Shown in pieces: positions 1 through 12,508 of a stretch of 64,000 nucleotides of DNA. The translations under genes were made by a program, and so were the position numbers. Position 1 is the stretch's first letter, and each line of letters starts with the position of its first letter. Origin of the DNA: Tubulanus polymorphus. Its lineage: Eukaryota > Animalia > Nemertea. Under the pieces are notes generated by a model, which worked only from the letters and a program-made list of their open reading frames with translations, did no database searches and was not told the DNA's origin. The stretch covers positions 5,084,001 through 5,148,000 of the forward strand of contig NC_134028.1 in the NCBI RefSeq assembly GCF_964204645.1, in the 5' to 3' direction.

Positions 1-69
1 GATCTATTCACTCGGGGTTCAGGAGTTTGGAGGCAGAAGAACGCCATCGCGTGGAGTAGAGGGGACTGA
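1..69 (+). CDS. Possible 3' end of an unidentified plus-strand gene (frame uncertain)
   Basis: GC-richer segment open in all plus frames (frame 1 DLFTRGSGVWRQKNAIAWSRGD*), followed by AT-rich sequence and AATAAA at 265-270. No family recognised. Confidence 0.2.
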   Translation, partial: DLFTRGSGVWRQKNAIAWSRGD

Positions 70-1674
70 TCAGATTTCTATGCCAGAATTGAGTTTCTAT
101 GCAAGAATTGAGTTTGGTTGAGATATTCAAAAGGCCATTTGTATTATGCAAAAAAAAAAACGAAATGACAAGAGTCATTTGTACACATGTAAACGTCAAT
201 GATCAGTTTAGTATGGCGTATAGATGAATAATTAGGTCAGGTTTTTAGAAATTGGCAGCACAGGAATAAAATCAATATATACTTGAGATATCAAATTTGA
301 TTATTACAATACTGACTCGTGAAGAAGAATGTTTTGTAGTTATAGTGAACACATTGCACATGTAACCGATGCCAGCATCCAATCAAAAAATACAATCAAG
401 AAAAACCGAAGTTAGATTAAAGCTATAAATATTGAGAAATTGGAAATACATCAAATTGCAAGGGCAGCACTAAGGACACAAGGGCGCATTCGAGTGCAAC
501 CCAGGCTCCCCTCTGTAAACTCTGCTCCCCTGATTGGTTCAGAAGAAATATACTACTACACTGATTAGCAAACTGTACACTTAATGTTAGATCATCACAG
601 TCAATAAATATACAGCAATATGCTACCTCAACCCAGTGCCACTAGTCTATGTAGTTAAAATCGGTGCATTTCCATTTGCATTTAACTACGCGGTCTGGCT
701 CAATAACTGCACCCTAGGGATCGATAAAGATAATAAGATTATTTATATCTTGATTCGGATTGCAAGATAAAAAATTTTGCGAGTCTTTTAAAAGGTTATA
801 AGGACACTGGACAAACTACTATTGATCGGTTCAGGGGGGATCAGTCCATTAATTACCACATAATATATACCTAGAACACGTCTTGAATAAATCGAATTTC
901 CTCTATATTTGTGATGCTTGAAATGCATAAAGAGAGGAAAGAGAGAAAGTAAATTGTGTGTAGATATGTAATAAATGGATGACCCCTTAGAAATTTACAA
1001 GCACCTGTAACACTAGTTTCCGAACCTCACAGGTCACGCCTAGACGCTACACTTGGCACAGTCGATAAGATCTCGTCATCATTCAACATTAATATCAATT
1101 AACAAATTATCATTGATGAAAGAAAACTAGCGAGAAGCCGAAAGCCGCACAATATTTCAGAACAGGTCCCTTAGATAAATCAGGAAAGTACATTAACATT
1201 CATATAGACTTTTACAAATTACATCGCACAGGAAAAGCGTTTTCAAGTTTCGATTATCTCCGGGTTTTTCTTTTCGAGGTTTTTAAATTCACGAGAACTT
1301 ATTACAAGGGCATTTTATAAAACTTTCACCGAGCGACCATTTTCACAAACCATTAGAAAAACTGCATACTACACATTCTCAAGTCGATTCAACACATCAA
1401 GCGTTTTATTTATTTACAAATGATCTGATTATAATTGAAGATAATACACAGGGACTAGGCAGGAACGTGGTGTTATATGAATCATATATATTCTATAATA
1501 TATTTGTTACTTAAAATGACGTGCGACGTTCATTAAACTTCCTGCTGTAACTAAAATCAACATTGAGAAATTCATCAAGTCTATTGTCAAATTAATTCAA
1601 CAAAACAGTTTCACTGGGTTGATAAATATTCTGCGAAACTATAGAGGTGGGTACTACTATTGAATAAAGCTACA

Positions 1675-1793
1675 GGGCCATGTCGCAGTCGTGACTTGAG
1701 TCCAAGTCATCTTAACTCTTCAGACTACCTGGGTAGTCTTAAATGGTTAGATTGGCTGGTTTTAAATCTAAGCCATAACTGTGCAACTGGCCC
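1675..1793. mobile_element. Degenerate MITE related to the 63845 family
   Basis: GGGCCA..CGCAGTCGTGACTT at the left and AAGCCATAACTGTGCAACTGGCCC at the right. The internal sequence (reverse strand CCAATCTAACCATTTAAGAC) resembles the 63845 copy. Confidence 0.55.
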
Positions 1794-3721
1794 CAATCCA
1801 ATTCCAATCAAATGATGACATCTCGGCGCAATCAGAAATTTCCCCTCATATTCTGATACGAAAGCTGCCTACAATTTCACGAACATTTTTGTATTTCACT
1901 AAATGCGAGATGAAAATTGAAAAGAAGATTTGAAGCCTCAGACACACGATTAGTAACCAAATTTTGAAATGAATCGAGCATGTTTCAAATTAGCGTCCAC
2001 TTTCGCCAAAATGGATTTGGGAGATATTGAGGCTATAGTGTGTATCCCAAGAAACCCGAAACTCTGATAAAAAGTACAGTAGTAGACTATATTTCTTACA
2101 AAAGAAAACAAATTCAAGCCTTACTACACCAGTTTTTGACACAAAGAATAATATCTATTCAAAAGGATCGATTACGTTCAAAGGAAATCCGAATGATCTA
2201 AATGATCATCATAATACCGGTGATAGTACGGTATCATCATTATACAATAAATATGAATATATTATCATCATACAATTACAATTAATGTTCTACGAGATTG
2301 AAAAATACTTTTCATTACCATATTACGAGTTGAAAGCTACGTAAACCGTTGAACGGTGCATATATTCAAACTACAGCTACAAATAATCTATTTACATATC
2401 TGTCAATCATACAATACAATGAGCCAACCATTCAATGGCTGATGAAATGACCAATCGAGTGACAAACATGACGAAAAGTCACCATTGGAGTCTTTGTATT
2501 TTACAAATATCTGGAATATTCGATTTTGGGGTAATTTCTTTTTGGTTTCCACAGAAAGTGAAATCTGCATATTCGACTACAACTGTATCCAATAGATTAT
2601 CATTTTCTATAATTCATTTTTAGGTGGCAATATCCAAACCCAATAATGATATAAGAACAGCTCAACAAGTATACCGATCCTTTAACCAACAGTTGTTCAA
2701 ATAAAAAACATTTACGCGAGAAAGGTCAAATTGATGAAATAGATTCTTTTTTTTTTAGATTGACACAAGTTTTTTTTATTAATGGTAAATGCATCAATAG
2801 TCGAATGACTAATTAACAATTACATGGCAGATACGTAGCTTTAGTTTCTAAATCGTGCTTCTAATCACTTCACACTATGATTCTCGATGATTCTCGATTT
2901 CGGTAAATCAAGTTCTAGGGACGAATGAAACGAGTCGATACGGGGCCTATTTCATACGAAACAAGCCCCGGTTTCAAACGGAAATCTATTTATGCGTCGA
3001 AAAAAATTTCACTTAAAAACTGTACCCCAAGTGAACAGCAGTACAGGATACATATATCACAGCGATCAGATGATAAATTAACAACAATTCACCCATCTAA
3101 TCTTATCAAACGAATTACGGTTAATCAATTGCTAATTAACAGTAGTTATAGATGAACATCTTTTCACGACTGCAGAGATTTAGTTGACGAGTGTGGAGTC
3201 ATCGTTACACACAACCAACGACAAACAGCGACACGCGCGCGTCGCCGTTAAAAATTCATACAAAAATTACAATAAATACTATCATAAAACTAATAAGAAA
3301 CCGGAGGAATCGAATTCAAAGTGAATTTACTCAAAACCAGATTCAATAATAACGGGATGAACGAAATACGAGAGCAGTTTTAAAGTCCTAAGACGAGCCA
3401 TTTGAAATACCAGATTGTTTATGGCATGTTTTTGATGTCCTGTTTTTCATTCGATTATCATAACCTCAAAACAAGTGATTTTTTTTACTGTCACAAGAAT
3501 TGACACGAGCGGTGTCTTTTGAAAAACTATTCCCAACGGCGGGTGACCTCTATAGCAGAAATTATGGCATACTCTTGAAAATGGATTTCGTTCACCCCGC
3601 GATAATTACCATATAACTCCCTCCCTGACTTGTCATGCTGATGATTATAATTAAGTCTCTCTTCAGTGGTAGTAGTAGTAGTGACTATTTACAGGATTCA
3701 GTGTTCGTGTTTGTGTGGTTT

Positions 3722-6700
3722 TTATAACGCCGACGCCGCGCTGTACATTCGCTGTACGTGATCTTTGAAGAATTTCTGTAGTTCGTTGCGTTTTGATTTG
3801 AATGTCGGGGTCAGTAGACCGTTCTCTACTGTGAATTGATCGGGATGTATGTGAATATTCTTCACCTGAAAATGACGACGATCATTCCTTGAATATTGGT
3901 ACCAGGTAACACACATACTGGACATTTCAAAACAATTTCTGGCAGAAAAATCAGACGGTTGTTTAAAGGCTACGTACCTGTTCAAATGACTTGAGTCCAT
4001 CTTTTTTGCCTCTAGTAGTAATATCATCTAAGATAGCTTTCTTCACAGCCTTGAAGTACAAGATTTCACGAATAATTCAGAATTGCGAATCGGCCAAAAT
4101 TTGTTATGAATCCCGGAATAAATCCACGGGTAAAACTTACTTCATTTTCACATAATTGATCGTATGACTCGTTTATTCCAAGTTTAGTCTTCGCCCATTT
4201 CGGTAATTGCTCTTGATCGGGTACGACGACGCCGACGAGATGTGACTACGGAAAAAAAAAATTCATTTGTTAATTACTGATACGTAATCAACAGGTTTTA
4301 GAGAGTCGAACATCAATGGACAATGAAGTGATGTAATGACTACCTGTAAACTATCACCAGTAACGAACACTTGAGAGATCGGAGGACTGCGAATATATAT
4401 CAGTTCAATCTTCTCTGGAGCGATGTATTCACCCTATACAAATACAACAACAACATTTGATATCATCCACTTCTTACAGCGGAAATGTGTTTTTACTCCG
4501 ATTAATCAAACAATCCGTCATTGGATTTGGTTGATCTTTCTAGAGATTCAATAATTAACGTTCATGTCAGTTGTCAGGGATATTACCTGAGCGAGTTTGA
4601 AAATATTCTTCTTTCGGTCGATGATTTTCACGCATCCGGATTCCGTCCATCGTCCGATATCTCCGCTATGTAGCCAGCCATCTTCGTCGATGGCCTCGGC
4701 CGTTTTCTCCGGATCGTTCAAATAACCCTTGAATACGTTCGTGCCTTTTACGCAGATCTGCAACGAATTCAATAAACCGACCGATCAGAAAAAAGTTCAA
4801 CGTTCACGATTTGCCACTTCTCGGCGAAACTTTTAATTTACCTCTCCTTCATTGTTCTTGGCGTAGTATCCCATGTCTGGCACGTCGACCATCTTGATCA
4901 TACAACACGGCATAGGTGGGCCGACATGTCCTAAAATATCAAAAGTCAATCGAAATCCCTGTAGGTAGGCCTATTTAAATTACCTACGCTGAATTTGAAA
5001 ACTTGAAACTGTTGAACAGGTGAACTTTCATTTCTCCAATGCATTTACTATCAAATTCATGGTAGTAAAGCTGAGGCCAAATTAAGCATTTTTTAAGCAA
5101 CTTAGTAAGGCAAAAGCAACACTTTTCTTATCATTCAAGACCGCATCCTAATCCAAGGATTGTTCAAGACCAAAGTAATGAGTTATTTTGGATACCATAG
5201 TCATAAGTAAGCACTTAGTAAGCGCTTATGATATTTTAGTGAAAAGAAAGCACTATTTAATTAAGGGCCTTAAAGAATATTCTCAAAAATAAGCACTTCT
5301 AAGCACTGCAGTAAATGTACCTGGTATATCATCCCCTACGATTCCTAGCGAACAGATGGCTGCACTTTCTGTTTGTCCATAGCCTTCGATAACCTGTTAT
5401 CAAAAAAAAGAAACCATACTAAACCATAATAAACAAAAGGTTTATACAATAAACACCTGCTAGTTATATTGATTTTACAGTGTTTTTATATTTATACAGC
5501 GTTATAATAATGTAAATAGAAGACTCACCGCACACCCGGCAGCGCAACGTATAAAATTCAAAACTTTCTCCGACAACGGGGCCGAACCGGTCGTTATCAG
5601 TTTCAATTTCCCGCCGAGAATCTGTTGCACTTTTCTAAACGCTAGTTTGTCCCATACACTATCGTTACGGATAATTCCACTACAGATGAAATAAATATAT
5701 TGTTTTACCACCGATCGTTTACCAGATTCTGTTGCGGCAGAATTTTTTCTATATTTTCATTTGTCTTACCTTCGTAATTCGGCCTCCTTGCGTTTCATCG
5801 CCAGATTGAAAATGGTTTTCTTGAGGATACTAGAATTTACCGAGGCCATTACCTGCATAAATAAATCATATCGACGGATAATGAAACTGAATAGGACTTG
5901 TATATAGAATGGGATTCAGTTTAAGTTGGTCATAATATTAAACCAGACTAACTGATATGAATAATCATATTAGTTTTCACCAAAAATGAGAGTAATTTGA
6001 TATAAAAAATAGTAGCTAGAAATTACTTAGATTTTATAGAGTATTGTAATTTTTTTTTTGATTGATTGAGCTCTTTAAAGAGTAAACACTACTGTCAAAT
6101 AGAAGTCATAGTCAGGGCAGCGTACTCCACGACACAATGACAATACTCAATGAAATAACTTAGTACCTGGTCGTATACTCGATTCAGAAGTCGAGGCACC
6201 GTCGGGAACAACTGTGGTTTCAGCTCGCGTATATCTTCTAATAGTTTACGCACGTCGCCGCTAAACATGCCGACCTTCCCGCCGCGCGCGTACATAGTAA
6301 TCTCAACCGCTCGCTCGTACATGTGAGCCAACGGTAAATACGATATCATCGAATCACCGGCTACAATCTGAGTCGGATTCTGAAAGAGCAAGCAAGAAAA
6401 ATCTTTCATTTCACTACCTAATATCCCAACATGAATATATAAGTGACGAAGCTAAATGGACAATCAATCTTGGCAGATGCCGAACATCAAATCCGTATCA
6501 AGCCTCTCACAAGAGAAAGGGATGGCTTAAAATGATCGTACATGATCTTTTTTTGTTATACAACTGATTTGAAGCGAGCTCAGTCAGGTAATATTCAAAT
6601 ATACAATCTAACAAAGTAATGACTTTCAAAGAATCTCGAGCTTGAACATGATGACTGAAACAGATGCCTCTGACAAACACAGAGCTGGACTTGTCCATCA

Positions 6701-9700
6701 ATATACAATGAGTGATTACATTGAATGATATGGTTATTTCAGCAAATTTGTGAGGAAAAGGGGGAAAGTAACAGTTAATAAACGTGGATTAATCCCATGC
6801 AGAATTAAAACAAAAATATGCATCTTTTTCAAACGCAGTTAATCATCGCAACTAAAACTACAAACCGAAATTAAAAGTATGCAAAATTTCTGTACTAGCG
6901 TAATTCGTGTTAGGTACGCGCGCGAGTCGTAATAGAGCAACGTGATTATCAACCACCCTAAAAATAGGTGCAGTAAACTTTTCACCGAAAAACGAAATAA
7001 AAATGGATTATTAGTATATACCAAATGTATCGTTTATACGTGGTTTACTCACCGCACCGGACACATCATTGCCGGTTTCCATACACTTTTTGAAGTTGAA
7101 GAAAAATATCCATAATCATTATTATGAGTAAATTAATCTTTATGCGGCCATATCGATCTGCAGCTTGAGTGAACTTCAGCTTCCGAGTACCGTACTCGAC
7201 TAGTGCTCAGAACTGATTGAACAATCTTACGCACTACAGTTTGATCTTACGAAAAACCCTGGCATTTCAGAACTACAGCGACCGTGCTCAAAGGCGATTT
7301 TCCGACTTTATTTCTGACTGACATGCAGTTTCACTTAGCTCACACAGTAAACTAACTAAGAAACCTGAAGTTCACCTTGTAACCACCGCCTTTCAAAACT
7401 AACACTATTCTATTCCGGATGAACACCTTTCGAAAGTTGGCTAATGAAATGTTTAATTTCAGGAATCTGTTTCGGTCCATTTGTTTGATCATTTTCAATC
7501 CAGATTCCAAAAAAGAAGGGTAGGGTCTAGGTGTTGAATACCTGAAAGGGTTGGCTCCGGCTACAGATCGATGTCCGCACTTAAATGTCTTATTTAACAA
7601 TTGGAATGCAATACAACAACAGGTAAAAGAGGAGGGAGTGCAAAATTCATTCGCGAAAATATGAAAATGTCTATGAAATCTTACTGTGATCATTAAACAG
7701 GCTGACACGACTGAGATGATGTTACGATGAGTTATCATAGCTCCTTTCGGTTTACCGGTCGTACCGCTAGTATAGCAGATCGTACATAGATGTTCGGTCT
7801 CACATGGCTGAATAGAAAACAACGTCAACCATTGAGAAATCATGCGAAAGATGAACTCGTTTGACTCCATAAAGAAGGTTACAGTTCTGTTTATTTTATA
7901 TACATTGATAACTACTATGCGTTATTCTAAGGGGTACTTTGTTAGTCTATGCGCACTACGTCGTCAGTATTGGCATTTCAAAATAAAACTTACAATATTG
8001 TGAATTTCGGCGTTAACTTTGTAATCAAGTAAACATATTTCATAACTCTTTATTTGATTTTTTTTATAAATGTTGATAATTATTTTTGAGGAGACATGCA
8101 CTACGTCCTCAATATATAGGCGCTAGACTGGTTGCCAATTCAATAATTTATATATTCAAATCCAAAATAACTTTATTGATCCTTAATATTATATGACTTA
8201 TACTATATTATCTGTTGTCGACAATATTAATCAATATATGCGTTATTTTTCAGGGTGTCGATGAACTTTCAAGTTAGTTTTCTTGTTTACATCTGCGCTT
8301 CGATCGACTTAACTTACCACTGGGTCGTGAGGTTTAGCTACACCAAGTTCCTATAATATCGAGAAACAGTAAATCATAAATATATAAGCGGATGATAATA
8401 TCGCTATAGAGTGTATTCACAGATTGATGATGGAACTTTACCTCAACTTCACGGAATGTCAATACTTTAACGCCTTTTTCGCCGGCTAATTTCCTCAGCT
8501 CGTCGCTGATCTCTTCGATAACTATAACCGTAGTTAACGTCGAGCCTTCGGCCTGGTGGTTTATCAAATCGACGCCCTTTTCGCTCTTATCAACGATGAC
8601 AGCTTGAATCTCAGCTATACGATAAAACAGACGGGCACAGATACGTACATGCTATAGTTACGGGGTGTACAATAGAGCGCGATGATAAAATCGATGTTGA
8701 ATTTGATAAAAACCTTGATGAATGATGTATGTACTAGCGTCTGGTCCTAGAGTATCGTATAACGGTACGATCACCATGGAATATGTGTAACACGCCAATT
8801 CACCCAGAATATACTGAAAATATTTATAATCATCACGTTATTATCGATCAGATTTAGAGGTTCATGTACAGGACTGCCATGTTTACATGTACAGATAACT
8901 GATCAACATGTACTGTATCAAAAATTCATAAAGACTAGTCTTTATGAATTTTTGACTGTATGGATAGTCGATGAACATGTTCTTGAGCAGAATAGGCGGG
9001 GGCGCTGTGTAAAAAAAAATAAGGGATCGGCCTACATATCGTATTACTGGGGTAATAAAGCGAAAAGCCGTAAAATCTGAATTACCTCGACTTTGTTCTG
9101 CGAGTAAATACCGACGTTAGTAGTATTAACTGGCTTTAAGCCTAGTGATATCAAACCCGAACCAAAGTTTGCCGCACGCAACAACACCTAAAATCGGAAA
9201 AAATTACATATTTACAGATTTACATGAACGTTCGAATGATTTAAACATTTAAAACGATTAAAAAACCATCAATGGCTTAGAAAAAACACCATGTGGGTAT
9301 TTAATCTGGATCAGTTGACAAGCTGACATCAGCTACATGTATATTCATGATTTATGCGTGAAAATGATTTATTTCACACTAACAGCTTACGAGTCGAATC
9401 CATTTCAAGTTCACAGAAATGTCGAATGAATCGATTTAGATTTTACGCCCGACTACTTACATCGTTGTAAGAGATCCACTTGTACGGTCCTTGTCCATTT
9501 TCACGCCAGCCAAGACATTCTCCGTTACCTAAAATCCCAGACCATATCAAAATTATGAGAGGTTAAACCGTAATGAGCCCTAGTGGAGAGCATCGTGACT
9601 CAAAATATGCAACACATTTAAATAAGACAAGTTACACCGATAACACAACTGTTATCATCAACAGCGTAACGATGTAACTTTCACTTCTTTTCTTTTAAAT

Positions 9701-11238
9701 TTTCGAATATATTTGTTTAATATAAGTTTGAGTTAATAATGATTTTTGGAACTTTTTCGGGAGAGATTAAATCAAAAAGTGACTTAAATAAGACAAGTTA
9801 CACCGATAACACAACTGTTATCATCAACAGCGTAAGGATGTAACTTTCACTTCTTTTCTTTTAAATTTTCGAATATATTTGTTTAATATAAGTTAGAGTA
9901 AATAATGTAAATAATTTGGAACTTTTTCGGAAGAGATTAAATCAAAAAGTGACTCGAATAAATTACTCACTAGACACGCGCGCTCCTCTCTGAAATGCTT
10001 CATAAACCGTAGTTACATCTTCGTATACGTATGGAATCAGTTTACCATCTGGACATAACTTGGGCAGACGCGCATCTGGCTCGCCCTGAAATGAGAAATC
10101 CGAAAAACGTTATTTACTCGATATTTAGAACCCTAGATCGTCGCGGTAATACTACAACCAAAAATTCATGAAAATAATGCATCTGTTCTGAACATCAATC
10201 CACGGGGTTGACGTGAGTACAGCCTGTCGGCGGGTCGCTCGTCACCATATTAACGGTAAGTTCCAGCTACGGGTAACTTTATCTCGATTATGAATTAAGA
10301 ACGTTCATTCACTTACAGGATATGCACCTTTAACGCTGAAAATTCGCGAGGTTTTCAGAACCATGTTCGAATTCTCGTCGCGTTTCGCCTTAACTGAGCG
10401 GTAACATATTGTTATTTTTTCAAAAATTCATTTCTATTCAATTTAAATCCACCCACAACAGCCGGTATTTCGACACTTACCGACAATCCCGTAAAACTAT
10501 AATATTTGACGACGGTTGTCGCGACCTTTTTTTGTCTCATGCTTTAATCGTCTTAATGAATCCACGGAAACCAGACTTCACGTCAGTTGTAATTACCATA
10601 TAATGATAAACAACTATTCTAGCGCTATTTTGTGACACATGTACAAACTATATCTCTCATTTTGTCATGTTTAATCAGCGGGTACACTCGATACCCATCA
10701 TCGATTATGAATATGAATTCATCATTCAATGGATTAGTAGCAGCTAGCGCCTGATGTTTTACAGGGCGGCCATTTTTATCATTTCACTCACTTTCCCAGA
10801 CTTTACTTTAAGTATCAAATCTATTAACACAACCAAATACGTAAGATATAGATGGAAACTGTTCGATTATACGAGCGATCTAGGCAGTCTCAACATACTG
10901 AATTTAAGCTTTTTACAAAATTCCCCGAGTATTCCCCAACTTTCTAAAAGCAATGAAAATTCCCAGACTTCTCCCTGATTTCTAGGTAATAAGCCGTACC
11001 GATCCATTGGGATTCTAATTCCAAATCCTGATGACGGATCATAAAAAATTCGAACATCATTGTTTATGAGATATACATGCGAGTTGTTTCGAATACTTAC
11101 GGCAGCGTGGTAAGATTGCTGCGAAAGGTTGATGATTTTATTGACTGGTTTCGGTTGCGTCATGTAGTACGCTGTGAGTCCTGTTACCGCTCCGATCGCT
11201 GCTGCTGATATTCCAGCATATTTCATTAAGTCAGCCAT
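3722..11238 (-). CDS. ACSL: Long-chain-fatty-acid--CoA ligase (ACSL1/5/6-type), 18 coding exons, about 680 aa
   Basis: Exons in transcript order: 11101-11238, 9971-10085, 9461-9528, 9086-9187, 8714-8813, 8442-8614, 8318-8350, 7685-7807, 6167-6379, 5770-5852, 5529-5679, 5321-5393, 4842-4930, 4587-4757, 4344-4433, 4141-4245, 3978-4049, 3722-3865. All are GT-AG and phase-consistent (2043 nt). Motifs: N-terminal hydrophobic anchor, VPLYDTLG, P-loop [11 protein letters not shown], gate [59 protein letters not shown]. An in-frame TGA three codons upstream fixes the ATG, and an acceptor at 11249-11251 implies an upstream non-coding exon. The exact vertebrate paralogue cannot be assigned. Confidence 0.96.
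9618..9954. repeat. Recent tandem duplication, 2 x about 166 bp, in an ACSL intron
   Basis: TAAATAAGACAAGTTACACCGATAAC...AAAAGTGACT starts at 9619 and again at 9785, nearly identical. Confidence 0.92.
10317..10364 (-). CDS. Candidate alternative first coding exon of ACSL ([16 protein letters not shown])
   Basis: AACATGG start context, 16 codons, consensus GTAAGT donor in phase 0, matching the acceptor at 10085. Confidence 0.45.
10481..10540 (-). CDS. Candidate alternative first coding exon of ACSL ([20 protein letters not shown])
   Basis: ATG, 20 codons, G|GTAAGT donor in phase 0, matching the acceptor at 10085. Confidence 0.45.
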
Positions 11239-12487
11239 GTAACCTCAACTGTAAAACATAATTCAAATAGTTTACGAACTAATCATGACATTACATCACA
11301 TTACAAAAACATCAAGTCTACTAGGGCCCTACATGATGATAGCTGCTTTCACACTATCACTAGTTAAGCCTAGCCCACTCGACAATCATCTCATGGACTG
11401 AGTTAGAACAGATTCTTCGCTGTTCTGAATAACAAAGTGTGGACTGGACGCGGCTTTTCTAAAAACGAAAAATTGAATCCTTCATCTATCAAAAGTTAGC
11501 AATTAATACAGCAATAATTTACTGGCAGCAATTACAAATGCTATATACATTTTGGGTCCTAGCTCAATTCATTTACTGCAATAGTCGATAAAACAATGGA
11601 CGTATAAACTAGGTTTATACTTCAGTTTCATACATCCATGATAAAATGGATGAGATTTATGCTTCTATTTTTGTTGTTCATCGATACAATTGGGACTGAG
11701 TGAACAATGATTTAATTGGATGAATGAATTTGAAACGTCGAGCACAGTTATTCATTCATGCATCGAACCTGACGCAGGTGACGCCACAACCTTCCCGGTT
11801 TATTGAACAGTTAGAAACTGAATTTGACGTAGAAGAATAGGATTTCATCACACCCAGCAAGCGATCTGATTTCATTCAAAACATCGTCACAATCAAAACA
11901 ATGAAGTCGTAGCTAGAAACATGTGTTCATAAACACTATCGCGAACCCCCTGATTCAATCCGGGGTCCAGTGCATTTATAGAATAATTCTATATATGAAA
12001 CCGATTACAGTTGATAATTTTGACTCTTTTTAACGTTGAACTGGGTGAATCTTTACTCCGACCCTCCAGAAACTCATCATAGGCCTAATTCATACAGACA
12101 ATATTATCTAGTGGAGCCATTTCATAACGAACAATACCAAAAACCTGATAAAATACACAGGGACGAACGTCAGACAATAAAGCCATTGAGACTAGATTCA
12201 TATTAATGTCATATTGAATTAAGAGAGAGCAGCTTCTGAAAAATACTACGCCTAACTAGGTCATCGATACAAGCGTGTCTATCTACGTGCTCTACTTAGC
12301 TTAAAGGGTTATTCTGAAAATAACACCAATCCTGGAATAAATACCGAGCTCCGGTCTACAAATAACCGACAGACCTTCACTCCATCTTACTCGCGCATAG
12401 TTTTAGTTATCTACTTTTAGTTATCTACTCGATAAATCTTTTTCTCAATGAGTCAACATAAGACTTACAGTCTTACACACAGCAGTC

Positions 12488-12508
12488 GAGAGAGAGAGAG
12501 AGAGAGAA
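12488..12508. repeat. (GA)n microsatellite, about 10 units
   Basis: GAGAGAGAGAGAGAGAGAGAA in the ACSL 5' region. Confidence 0.85.

Noticed and set aside
6380-7684. Search for a duplicated mutually exclusive F-gate exon as in vertebrate ACSL6
   Set aside because: No second LPLAH-like exon is visible in this intron.
8708-8713. Weak GTTTTT donor (and AAG acceptor at 4050-4052) considered as minor-spliceosome or pseudogene signs
   Set aside because: Still GT-AG, no U12 consensus (RTATCCTT), and the reading frame is intact.
9618-9954. Direct repeats considered as a CRISPR-like array (also 52622-52757)
   Set aside because: Eukaryotic introns, no repeat-spacer alternation and no cas genes.
11028-11060. 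CTGATGA...GAAC hammerhead-like string
   Set aside because: GAAA box is broken and stems I and III are missing.
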